Shown here piece after piece: positions 38,606 to 51,239 of a stretch of DNA of 64,000 nt. Position numbers and translations under genes: made by a program. The notes under the pieces were generated by a model. It had not been told where the DNA came from and ran no database searches. It was given only the letters and a program-made list of their open reading frames with translations. Each line of letters begins with the position of its first letter. Position 1 is the stretch's first letter. The stretch is from NCBI RefSeq assembly GCF_004010195.1, contig NC_057757.1, positions 8,519,458-8,583,457 on the forward strand, read 5' to 3'. Origin of the DNA: Chiloscyllium plagiosum. Taxonomy: Eukaryota.

Positions 38606-39758
38606 CCTGATGGCATATGTCAGGTAGCTCCGTTGTTTGGGTGTCTGGCTTGTCATTCACTGTGTCCCCCCTCAGTCCAGATTTTTGCAAGGAAGCAGAT
38701 GTTCTGTGAAGCTCCCTCGAAATCTTATATATTTCAAGAAGATCATTTCGGAAGGACGAGGTGACATGAACGAGGGTGCAGAGGAGGATAACTAGGATGT
38801 TGCCTGGGCTGGAGGGTTTGAACAATGAGGTAAGAAAGGATAGGCTGGAGGCTGTTTTCCTTGGAGCAGCGAAGGCTGAAATGGAAACTTTTAGAAATGT
38901 ACAAGATAATGAGGGATATAAATAGGGTGAAGAGGAAGGCAGCTCCTCCATTTGTAGTGGGGTCATTAACCGAGGAAAGGGGGCATTTATTTCAGATAAA
39001 GGATAGAAGGCTGAGAGGAGATTTGTGGCCAATTGCTTTTCACTCAGAAGGTGAAAAGAATCTGGGACTCCATACCTGAAAGGGTAATGTGTCACAAACT
39101 CTTTCACTACACAAGCCATATTGGGTGGGGCTCTTAAGTTGTAGTGGTAGCGTTCATACCTTTGGGCCAGGAGGCTTCAGGTTCAAACCCCCGCAGGATA
39201 TGAAATCGTCTAAACAAAACATTTATTTTTTAAAAAGATCTATAAGAAGTATTTCGATAACCACTTGTTGTGCCATTGCTTCAGGACAATGAGCTAAAAG
39301 CTGGAAAACGCAATTTAGTTGCAGCCAGGTCTCGGTGGTGGGGTGTGGGGTTTGGTGGTGGAGGGCTGCCATGTCCACAATGTCCTTAAATATCAATAAG
39401 TGCATTACATCACATGAATGATGCTGCAACATTTAGACCTCCATTTGACAACTATTCAAGGATTAATCCTTGTCCCCGTTTCTCTCTTCAGTTGATTTGA
39501 AAAGCAAAATATTTGACCTTTTGTGACTACAAAAAGAAATGTGAACTTAATACATAACGTCCTTTGCTCTGTAGAAATGTGTCTGAGTGTAAGTGAGTAG
39601 CTGAATGTGTTTGTTTAATGACTGTGATTAATCCCAATCCCAATGGGGCCATGATTGACACAGGAGAGCGTTCCCAGTATAATATGTAGGAGGAATCCTC
39701 TCTAAGTGCCAGTGAAATCCTTGTTTCTCCTTGAATGTGTTTCGAGGACTGAAGCCCC

Positions 39759-39900
39759 ATGCTGGAATTATACGGAAGCTCATGTCTCAGCCAAAGTGAG
39801 AAGTCCGGCTGGACCTTGATTGCACTGCTCAGGATACAGTTTGTTTTCCGGGATATACAGAAATTGTACTATCCCATCCTGGCTGCTTTTGGTGGTCCGT
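39759..39900 (+). CDS. GPR139-like gene B exon 1
   Basis: MLELYG..IQKLYYPILAAFGGP shares YYPILAA.G.P with gene A exon 1; donor GTAAGT at 39901; phase 1. Confidence 0.8.
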
Positions 39901-40232
39901 GTAAGTTACTCTTCCCAGATTTTATCTGTGCAATGCATTTAAATGTTATGATGGCTACTTCTGTTTACTATCCATGAGTTGGAAGTCTAGATTGCCTGGG
40001 AATTTCAAAGTCTCATGTTGTAAAATGTGGGCGATCTCTTTATATAAATGGCTATTATTTTCATTTGTGACCTAGTGTACGGGGAGAGACTGACTTGGTT
40101 TCCTAAGATTTATTAGAATGGCGGGGAAACTCCGAGAAATCTACAAAATTAGAAACAAATTTCTCATGGTCAAGGCAGGATCGATGTTCCTGATGACCTG
40201 GGAATCCAGAACCAGGGGGTCACAGTCTAAAG

Positions 40233-40326
40233 TTGAAACTTTATTGCTGGAACAGCACAGCAGGTCAGAATTCCAGCAATAAAGTTTCAACTTTGATCTC
40301 CAGCATCTGCAGACCTCACTTTCTCC
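40233..40326 (-). mobile_element. Internally deleted Penelope-derived hairpin element with a 13-bp TSD
   Basis: TSD tcacagtctaaag at 40220-40232 and 40327-40339. Confidence 0.8.
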
Positions 40327-40523
40327 TCACAGTCTAAAGGTCAAACTTTCAAAGGTGCCAAAGGTGGAATGGAGCAGACTGATCTTTAAGGAGGTCTGTA
40401 AGAAGTATTTAGATTGTTACGACACGAGTTAAACCACTCCCGTCTAATTTAATGAAGTTTAGTTGCAGTCAAGTCTTTCGTGGGTGGCATGCGCACAATG
40501 AACTGAATGGCGTCCTTCTGCGC

Positions 40524-40828
40524 TGTGCATTACATCACATGAACGATGCTGCAACATTTTGACCTCCTTTCGATTTTGGTTCAAGGATTATTCATTGTTT
40601 TCGTTTCTCTCTTCGACCAATTTGCAAAACAAAAATGTCTGTCCCTTTGTGTTTTTAGAACAAAATCTGATAACTCAGCTTGTAATGTCGTTTGCTCTGT
40701 AGAAATGTGTCTGAGTGCAGGCGAGTACCTGAGTGTGTTTGTGCAGTGATTGTGATTTAACACCATTCCCCATGGGGCCACGATTAAAACAAGACGTGCT
40801 TCCCAGTGTAATGTGTACGAGGAATCGT
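40524..40828 (+). repeat. Diverged copy of the gene B upstream region (39397-39697)
   Basis: Shared gtgcattacatcacatgaa...gaggaatc colinear block. Confidence 0.85.
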
Positions 40829-41164
40829 AGGGAAGGCAATTTTGGACGCAGATGAGGAGAAATGACTCAGAGCTTATTGAATCTGTGGAATTCTCTGTCC
40901 CAGAAGGCAGTGAAGGTCAGAACACTGAATGTCTCCATGAAGGAGTTAGCTAAATTCCTTCGGGTTAAAAGGCGAACAATGAGGGGGACTCATTTGGATG
41001 ATCAGATTGAATGGGGGAGCAGGTTGAAGGGCAGAATGGCCTCCAACAGTGATACAATCCGATGTTTCGATGTTCATTCCAAGTCCACGGTTAGTTAGTT
41101 CAAATTTCCAAGATTGCCCGCATGAACTTTGTCTTACAACAAGCTCAGACCCAAACTGTCGCAC

Positions 41165-43755
41165 CAGAGTGTTTTTTTACAGCTGCAGCATGACCACACG
41201 ATTCTAAAACTCAAACCCTCTACCAATAAAAGCTAACACACTGTTTGCCTTCTTAACAAACTTACCAACCTGGTGACAACTTTCAGGGATCTGTGCACAA
41301 GGACTGCTCGTCCACACTACCATGAATCTTACCATTAGCCCAGTACTTTGTGTTTCTGTTGCTCTTTCCAAAATGAATCACCTCACACTTTTCCGCATTA
41401 AACGTTATTTGCCACCTCTCAGACCAGCTCTGCAGCTTATCGTTGTCCCCTTGTAACCTGCAACATCTTTCGGCACTATCCACAACTCCACCAACCTTAG
41501 TGTCATCGCAAATTTACTAACCCATCTTACTTTGCCTTCAACCAGGTTATTAAAAATAAGGATAAACAGCAGTGGCCCCAAAACAGATCCTTGCAGTACA
41601 CCACTAGTAACCGAGCTCCAGGATGAACATGTCCCATGAACCACCATCCTCTGTCTTCTTTCAGCTAGCCAAACCACAAAACCACCCTCAATCCCATGGC
41701 TCCGTATTTCTGCAATAGACTACCATGGGGAAACTTATCAAACATTTTACTGAAATGCATACACACCACTTCAACTAATTTATCCTCATACACCTATCTG
41801 ATCACCTTCTGAAAGAACTCAATGAGAATTGTGAGGCATGAGCCACCGCTCACAAAACCTGTCATACATATTAACCAACCTGTTGTGGTAAGATTGACCA
41901 GGTCCACCTGTGCCGCAGTATTTCGTGCTGTCTCCTTTCCAATAATACTGAGGATCTGTTATATTTGTTGTTACACTAGATAGCACTGCAGGTCCACATC
42001 TTATCCCCCAAACAGTTGTCCACTCACTGAAGCTAGTTATTTTCATTTGCATAAGCCCCTCTTGACTTGCTTTTGCAACATAGATTCATGTCATCTGGAA
42101 GTATAAATGAGGGTATAGAAGGATGGGTTAGTAAATTTGCGATGACATGAAGGTCGGTGGAGTTGTGGATAGTGCCGAAGGATGTTGCAGGTTACAGAGG
42201 GACATCGATAAACTACAGAGCTTTGCTGAGAGGTGGCAAATAAAGTTTAACACGGAAAAGTGCGAGGTGGTTCACTTTGGAAGGAGTAACAGGAATACAA
42301 AGTACTGGGCTAATGGTAAGATTCTTGGTAATGGGACGAGCAGAGAGATCTTGGTTTCTATGTACATAGAGCCCTGAAAGTTGTCACCCAGATTCATCCA
42401 GTAGTAAAATCATTAACATAGATTGTAAATAGCTGGGATCCGAGTTCTGATCAGCAACATCATTATAAGTGGTTACAGTTCTGTCCCTCAACATGAGAGT
42501 TATTCCGATCTGTTTCTGTTGGATCGCCAGCCCTATATCCCTGCTAACAGATAGTCTTCAAATCCACCTGTTCTTATCTTGTCTGCTGGAGTTTCCTGGA
42601 TAATCAACGTGTTCCATTCCTGAGTATGTCTGTGCGACGATTTGAGTGCAATCGGAACATAGTACAGTTTAGTATGAAAATGTAAGGATAAGTGAATATT
42701 TATATGCCCAAATCTTAAAATTAATATTAATACGGGATTTTATTCGTAAGTATAGGTATTTTAACTCCAGTGTTCATAAACTGAAATAGAGGAACTGAAG
42801 CGTTTCTGACCAAGTATGCAGAAGATACAAAGATAGGTGGAGGGGCAGGTAGTATTGAGGAGGCAGGTTGGCTGCAGAAGGATTTGGGCAATATAGGAGA
42901 GTCTACTTTAGATTCCAGTATCTGCATTATTTTGTCTCTAACCAGCAAAGACGTAGCAGATGAAGTACAGTGTGGGAAAGTGTGAGGTCCTGCACTTTGG
43001 TGGGAAGGATAGAGGCAGAGATAATTTTCTAAATGCAGACTAAGCTCAGAAATCTCAAGTGCCAATTGTCCTGGGAGTCTTAGTCCAGGTTTCTCTTAAG
43101 GTAAACTTACAGGTTGAGTCGATAGTTGAAATATTGTTATTTATCACGAGAGAACAAGAATATTAAAGACAGGGACGCATTTCTGAGGCTCTACAAGGCT
43201 CTGGTCAGACCACATTGAGAGTATTGTGAGCAATTTTGGCTCCCATACATCAGGAAAGATGTATTGGCCCTGGAGTAGATCGAGACGAGGTTCACGAGAA
43301 TGATCCCAGAAATGAAAGGCTTAACATATGAGGATTTGAAGACCCTCGGGCTATACTCATTGCAGTTTAGAAGGATGAGGAAGATCTAATTGAAACTTAT
43401 GGACTACTGAACAGCCTGGACAGAGAGTGGACGGTCAGATGATGTTTCCATTTATCAGAGAGACAATGATGCGAGGGCATGCCTTAGAGTAAAGGGGAGA
43501 CATTTTCGAATGGAGGTAAGGATAAACTTCTTTTTCCAGAGGGTGGTGAATCTATGGAAGTCACTGTCACAGAATGTTATGGATGCTAGATAACTGAGTA
43601 TGATTAAGACAGAGTAGGTCGGTTCTTGAATATCAATGGGATCAAGGGTAATGGGGAGAATGGGGTTGAGACACCCACCAGCCATGATTGAATGATGGAG
43701 CAGACTCGAAGCGTCGAATGGCCGAATTTTTACTCCAACATCTTATGGTTTTATG
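41165..43755. mobile_element. CR1 fragments (41165-41865 minus; 42118-42392 plus; 42800-43755 plus)
   Basis: GVLQGSVLGPLLF, FNAEKCEVIHFG, KYAEDTKIGG. Confidence 0.85.
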
Positions 43756-43849
43756 GTTTAAACTGGGGACCCCTGTAGTAATATTTGGTGTGTAATCTTA
43801 CTGAATAGGTTTTGGAAATCCAAACACAGTACATCATTCAGTTTAAAAA

Positions 43850-44420
43850 CTGAAAGTGCTGAAGAAACTCAACAAGTTTGGCAACATTTATGGAGAGAGA
43901 AACAGAGTTAACATTTTGAGACCAGTATGCTTGGAAGGCGAAAGGTAGATGCAGGTTTAGGGCGATAGTGATGCGTCGGAATGGAGGGTGGGGCGGATAG
44001 GTGGGAAGGAAGATGGATACATCGGAATGTACAAGAGCGTGGTGCCGAGTTGGAAGGTAGGATCTGGAATGACACGTGGAGAGGTGAGATGAGGAAACTG
44101 ATGAAATCGACATTGATGTCATGTGGTTGGAGGATTCATAAGGAGGAAGATGTGATTTTCTTCCACCAAGCGTCGAATGCCTTGGATTAGCGGTGGAGGA
44201 GGTCCAGGGCTTTAATGTCTTTGGCGGAGTGGAAGGGGAAGTTAAAGTAGTTGGCCACAGTGCGGTGGGGTTGTTTGATGCGTGGCACTCAGAGATGTTC
44301 CCTGAAGCATTTTTTCATGTTGGCTTCTTGTTGCCCCAATGTAGAGGAGTCAACATCCAAAAGCAATGGACACAGTAGATGAGGTGTTCGGATGTACAGA
44401 AAATCTCTGCCAGATGTGGA
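43850..44420 (-). mobile_element. Penelope-like element 3' fragment (GIY-YIG endonuclease region and terminus)
   Basis: Minus-strand LYIG near 44340, VANYFNFP.HS, QPHDINVDFISF. Confidence 0.7.
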
Positions 44421-45277
44421 AGAATCCTCCACCGCTAAATCCTGGCCACCCAACAAGGTTCACATCGTTAAAGTTACAGGGCTGTGAATGTCTGAATTAC
44501 AAAATGCTCATACTTATGAACGCAATTTTATACACAGCTGTAACTTTAAAAATACAACACACTAATATCTCCTGTATTTGTGAATAGTTCTTTTATATTG
44601 TCCTGCATTGTGTTCTGAACTACACAGAGATTGACTTGTGAACACATTCACATCCCCTGGTGGCTGTAAGGTCTGTATTTTCAGTATTGGAATTGGATGA
44701 GGACATAAATTAGAAGCAGAGGTAGAACATTCAGCCCCTTCTCCCTGAAGACCCATTCATTAAAATCTGCTTGTTACTTAAATCCATGTGCCTTCTGACC
44801 CTCAACAACTGGTAGATCTGAAATAGCATTAAGGTTTTCATTTCTTTATCTTATCATTATTTATAGCTAGACAGCAATCTTTGCCATAGCCTGTGCTAAT
44901 ATTGATAAAGTACTAGTCCTACTCAGTCACACTTACTACTGGCCCATTTCTCATTTGTTATTGCAGGATCCCAAAGCCACTAAGTTGACACTGCTAACCT
45001 TCATCTGACCTCACCTTTTCACTTCAGTCTCTGCCTTAATTCATTTGGATCCGTGTTATTCTCTTTAATGAGGAGAAGTCAAAATGGCTGGTGTTGCTCT
45101 CCCTGGAGTGGGAAGGGTCAGCATGAAACTGAGTGACACGAGAAACAATGAAGGATTCTGACAGTGGGGATCTGGAGAAACTGGTCCCAAGCCAGGAGTG
45201 TTAACAATGAAATAACACAGATCATGGGAATTGATGAAGGTTTGACACGAAGGATGAGTTGTGCTGAATGATAAAAG

Positions 45278-45796
45278 TGTGACGATGCTGTGACTTTCAG
45301 GGGTCACATTGTCCTGTCTTTTTTAGGAAGAAGGGTTGAGACAGAGGTGCTAAACGGTCTGCTCAAAGCCAATAAAGGAAACAGATTGTGAAGCCTTGTG
45401 TTTTTTTTAGAAGTTGTAACAGTAGAAGCAGTCTGAATGGGTGGTGTCACGTTCCAACAGGACCCAGGTTTTTTGTTTAACATTTGTCAGAAGCTGGTTG
45501 TGGCTGCTCTTATTCATTTTCCTGTGACATTTAAAAGCTGGGGTTCACTTCCTGCTGCTGGTGCTGCATGTGAGATGACCCATTTTACTGATCCTGTCTT
45601 TGCCAAGGCTGTGTTTATGGGGTGTTACAGTATTGAAACAGTAAAATAAAGTGTGTTTTGCTTAAACTCGAGTGGTTTGCACAATTGAATTGTATCTGGA
45701 CTGCAAAGCCTTACACTTCACCTCAGAGTACAAGAAAGTTAGGGTCTCGGCTATCTTCTTAATATATCTAGTGGGGGTCTCGTCTGTTCCACAACT
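45278..45796 (+). mobile_element. Gmr1-type solo LTR
   Basis: tgccaagg.tgtgtttatggg and aaagttagggtctcggcta motifs shared with the other LTRs. Confidence 0.6.
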
Positions 45797-46599
45797 TATG
45801 CAAAAAGAAATTGACCCACAATGCCTGGTGGAAGTTGATAATTGCCACTTTCAGTCGAAGTATTGAATATAAAAGCAGTGAAGCTTTTTCTTTTAAAAAA
45901 AATATAACGTTCGTAAGGCCACAACTGGAGTACTTTGCCAGTTCTGGCCGCAGGATAAGATGGATATGATTGCATGTGAGAGGGTGCAGAGGGTTCATGT
46001 TGCCTGGGCTGGAGCAGTTCAGCTATGGATGAAGACTGGATAGGTTGGGATGTTTTCCTTCGAGCAGAAAAGGCTAGGGTTACTGGATTGAAGGCCAAGT
46101 TGGATCTTCATTTCTGAGCGGCAGAGACAGGTCGAATCCTTTCCCCTTCACAGAGGGATTAGTAACTAAAAGACGCGGTTTTATAACAAGGAACAGGGGG
46201 TTTTCAGTAGAAATCACAGAATCCTTACTCTGCAGAAAGCGGCCATTGGGCACATCGAGTTTGCAGTGACCCACCCTGGACACTGCGGAGCAATATAGCA
46301 TGACCAATACAGCCATGCTGGGCAATAGAGGGAGAGCAGAGGAAACCCACACAAACACGGGGAGAACGTACAAACTCCACACAGGCAGTCACCCAAGGCT
46401 GGGATCGAACCCAAAGGCTTGGCACTGAGAGGCTGCCGTGCTAACTCCTGAGCCACATTGAGAGACGGCTGAATGCAAAGAATTGTACCTATCTGGAACT
46501 CACTGCTGAAAAGGTGGTTGAAGCAAGTACTATTTAGAGGAGCATTCAATGGCATTCAAGGCTATGCCCACGTGCTGAAAAATGGAATGAGAATACTTT

Positions 46600-48590
46600 G
46601 CTTCAGTGTGCAATACTGAGAAGTATCTTGATGTTTCTGTGGACAGCGTGAAACAGATTGATAAGCTAGAACAGGTTAATGTTAGGCGGGAGAATATGCT
46701 GGAAATTTTGAAAAATGTAAGGATAGATAAATCACCGGGTCAGACAGGATTTACCCTCGGTTACTACAGGAAGCAAAGGAAAAGATTGCTGCACGTTTGG
46801 CTATGATCGTTGCATCCTCAGTGACCGCTGGAGTAATGCCAGATGTTTGGAGGGTGGCACATGTTATACCCTTGTTCAAGAAAAGGAAAAGGGATAATCC
46901 TGGGAATTACATGCCAGTCAGTGGCGGGCAAAATATTGGAGATTGTTCTGAGAGACAGGATGAATGATTACTTGGAAAACCATAGTTTGATTAGAGATAG
47001 TCACCTTGGCTTTGTGAGGGACAGGTCATGCCTCACAAACCTTATTGAATTCTTTGAGGCTGCAACAAAATGCGGTGGCACGATGGTACAGTGTCACAGT
47101 GATTAGCACTGCTACCTCACGGCGCCAGAGAACTGGGTTCAATTCCGGCCTCAGGCAACTGTCTGTGTGGAGTTTTCACATTCTCCCCGTGTCTGCGCGG
47201 GTTTAATCCGGGTGCTCTGGTTTCCTCCCACAGTCCAAAAACGTGCAGGTTAGGTGAATTGGCCATGCTAAATTGCCCGTACTGTTAGGTGCAAGGGAAT
47301 GGGTCTGTGTGGGTTGCTCTTTAGAGGGGCGGTGTGGACTTGTTGGGCCAAAGGCCCTGTTTCCACGCTGTAAGTAATCTAATCTAAAATACGTTGATGA
47401 AGGTGGATGTGGTGTACATAGATTTCAGTAAGGCATTTGATAGGATTCCCATAGTAAGCTCATTCAGAAACTAAGGGGGGATGGGATACAGGGAAGTTTG
47501 GCTGACTGAATACAGAATTGGCTGGCCCATAGAAGACAGAGGGTGGTAATAAATGGAAAAAAATAAGTAGCCTGGAGCACAGTGACTAGTGGTGTTCTGC
47601 GGGGATCTGTTCTGGAAATTCTGCTCTTTGCAATTTTTATAAATGATTTGGATGAGGAAGTGGATTAATAAGTTTGTTGATAAAACGTACATTGATGGAG
47701 TTGTGGAGGGCTGTTGTTGGTTGCAATAGGATATTGACAGGATGCAGAACTGGGCTGATAAGTGGCAAATGGACTTCAACCCGGAAAAGTGTGAAGTCAT
47801 TCATTTTGTAGGGTTGAATTTGAATTTGAAAGCAGAGTTAAATGCAGAATTCCTGGCAGTGTGGAGGAACAGACGGATCCTGGGGTCTATGTGCATAGAT
47901 CTCTCAAAGTTGCCGCCCAGGTTGATAGGAGGTTGTTAAGAAGATGTGGTGTGTTGGCTTTCATGAGCAACGCGATTGAGTTTAAGAACCGTGAGTTGAT
48001 GCTGCAGCGCTATAAAGCCCTGGTTAGACCACATTTGGAGTATTGTATTCAGTTCTGATCACCTCATCATCGGAAATTTGTGGAAATTTTACAGAGAGTG
48101 CAGAAGAGGTTTATCAGGATGCTGCCTACAAAGTAGAATTTGAGGGCGTGTTATATGAAGGAAGGTTGAATGAGCTAGGCCTTTTCTCATTGGAGAAAGA
48201 AGGATGAGATTTGACTTGACAGAGGTGTACAAAATATTGAGAGGCACAGAGAGAGTGCATAGCCAGATAATTTTTCCCATTGTGTAAATTTCTATAGGGA
48301 GGGGGCATAATTTTAAGGTGATTGGAAGAAGTTTTAGGGGAATGTCAGAGTTAGGTTCTTAACTCAGAGAGTCGTGGGTGTGTGGAATGCACTGCCAGCA
48401 GTGGTAGTAGAGTCAGCTACATTACTGATATTTAAGTGACTCTTGGCAAGGCAGATGAAATATAGTATAATGAAAGGTATGTAGGTTAGTATAATCTTTG
48501 AGGAGGATACAAGGCCGGTACAACATCAAGGGCAGAAGGTCTGGTACTGTGTTGTACTATTCTATGTTCTTTGTTCTATGTTCTATGTTC
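46600..48590 (+). mobile_element. CR1 LINE RT to 3' end, with an HE1 SINE at 47071-47385
   Basis: DKSPG, SCLTNLIEFFE, FNPEKCEVIHF, RPHLEYCIQF, (TTCTATG)n tail. Confidence 0.9.
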
Positions 48591-49538
48591 TAGGTGGATG
48601 TTTGAAGGCCAGTGTGGCCATGATGAATCGAAGGGTCGCTTCCTGGGCTGAAAAACTCTATGGCTCAATGAGACCCGACTGAGATGTGCAAAACAGAATT
48701 GTGCAAACATTTGAAGGGGATAAGTATTGGAAGAAGTGATAGTTACTGGCCTAGTTGGATTGCCCTGAAAAAGATGGAACACAGTTAGTCTGGAATTGTT
48801 TGTTTTCGGTGTGCTTTGTCATGATGAATTATTTTGTTTGCATGCAGTGTGGTGATATGCCCTAAAGACCATAATCTTAATACATGAATGATGTAAAATG
48901 CCTGAAAAGGTTCATTGCAGCTAACCAAGTCATATCTCAAATAAAACCTATCTCCTTGCTCCACAACAGCAGGTTATATTGAGTTCTTACAGAGAGGGAT
49001 CTTCCTCACATCCTCAGGTCAGAGGATAGTGATGAGATCTTCAATCATTGCTGACCCTTCTTATAAAAGAGAATACTGAGGCATGAGCATTTACTATTAC
49101 TAATCTAACATCTCTCAATCATATTAAACCATTGTTGCTCGCTGCTTTAATGCCTTCTGAGAATGTGCTCAGCAGTGATTTTAAATTCCCTGTTAAGACC
49201 CACACTGTTAGCTATAATGAAATAATTTCACTATCTGTAGTCTGCGTTCATGCGAACTTTTACATGGTCTTATTACAATTTGTGACCACATTAACTTGGT
49301 AGTTGACGAGCTGATCCACCACAATCTAAGGTAGTGAACTCTATAGATTCACAGCCCTTTGAGAGAAGAATTTCATCCTCGTTTCTGTTTCAAATCTGAC
49401 ACCCCTTCATCTCAACCTGTGATATTTTCCTCTGGATTACCCCCACAAGGTGAAACAGCTGCTCTATATTGACGCTTAAAAACTCCATTAATATTGCCTT
49501 TTCTCTTATTCTAATCTGTCCCGTTTGCTTCCTTCTAG

Positions 49539-50428
49539 TTAACATGGTGACAATTCTAATCCTATATCGGGGTAAGTGCGCCCTCTCCAAGTCTGCCACG
49601 CGTTACCTGATAGCCATTGCAGTAGCAGATCTACTGATCATTATCTTCGATCTAATATGGAGGCATATAGCTTCAACTTATCGTTTGGAATTCAGTTTCT
49701 TGCTGTATATCCCAGTGTGTAACATCCACGCTGCTGCGCTCTACACAGTGACTGACTATTCAGTCTGGTTCACAGTCGGTTTCACATTCGATCGCTACAT
49801 CGCCATTTGCGCCCAGAAGTTGAAAACTAAATACTGCATGGAGAAAACAGCGACTGTGGTTCTAGCAACAATTGCTCTGCTATTCTCATTGAAAAATACT
49901 TTCTGGTATTTTATGTTCACAAGTCGATATGAGTTGGCAAGTCTATCTTGGCCTTGTTACGTGACAACAAGTGTTGCACAATCAGAAGTGTGGGGTGCTA
50001 TCGAATTCGTCCACTATATATTGACGCCATGCATTCCATTTGTTGCGATCTTGCTGTTCAATGTTTTAACGATCAGGTACATTTTAGTGACTAACAGAGC
50101 CCGCAGCAGACTCCGGAGTCATGGCTCCAGGGGGTGTCCCAGTGACCCTGAGGTGGAGAGTCGCAGAAAGTCCATAATTATCCTGTACGCTATATCAGGG
50201 AACTTCATATTGTTATGGGCAGTCTCTATGATCCACAATATTTATTGGAGAATGATTTACCTCGGTTATCAGACTGTGTACCTCCCTGTGTACATTAGGG
50301 AGGTGGGGTTCATGCTTCAGCTTCTGAGTTGCTGTACCAACACCGCCATCTACGCAGTAACACAACGCAAATTCAGAGAAGAGCTGAAGTATTTGTTTTC
50401 ATTTTCATTTATTACCAATAAAAAATAA
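49539..50428 (+). CDS. GPR139-like gene B exon 2
   Basis: Branch-like CTAAT at 49511, pyrimidine tract, TAG acceptor ending 49538; YLIAIAVADLL, FTFDRYIAIC, RRKSIIIL, NTAIY; spliced product 343 aa. Confidence 0.92.
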
Positions 50429-51239
50429 TTTAAAACAGGAAACAAAATTATCACCTGTGCATCATTATTTGTCTCTGGCTTATTGGTTTCTGCACTGGGA
50501 TATAATGGAGAAAGTGTATTGCTTTGTAATAAGGAGTAGCTTTGTGATCATTCAACAGGGCGAGGAAGTGAATGGAGCTTCATGGCAGAAATGGTGTGTT
50601 CTCAATACTGAGATACCAGAGTGGGCCCGAGGCAAATGAACAAATGGGGAAAAACTTAGATTTGCTCACAGCCACTATTTTATATTCGAACAGCACTGAC
50701 ATTGACTTTATAAACAGGGAAAAACAAGTTAGACTGGCAACATCTATACATTTTGGAAATATTGAAAATTGTTACCATACTAACATCTAAGATTCTCTGA
50801 CCATAACCCCTTGAAGCTGAGGTTGTCTCTCAGGATTTCTTGCTCTCTGTGTGAATCCCAGATAAAAACTCTCTCTCTCTCTCTGACTTATATTTTGATA
50901 TTTCCATAAGAAATGTGTGTGTGTGTGTGTGTGCCTGCGCACACTTTTGTGTGTGTGGGTGGGTAGGTGTGTGTGTGAGAGTGTGTGTGAGTGCAGGCGT
51001 TTCTGTTTGAGTGATGTTCTGTGTGAGCGTGAGACCCAACCTGTGTGTATCCAACTTGAGGGTCAATGATTCCATGATGGAACTCCTAATACTGACATAC
51101 TTACTCACTCACTCTCTCTCACACACATCCTAACCCACAGGTACTCACACAGATACGCTGATACACACACTTTCATTCACATACATTTTCATGCACAGAT
51201 ACTGATTCTCACTCACTCACCACTCACACGCACACTCAT

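Noticed and set aside
47071..47150. tRNA gene
   Set aside because: tRNA-derived SINE head that continues into the SINE body and tail
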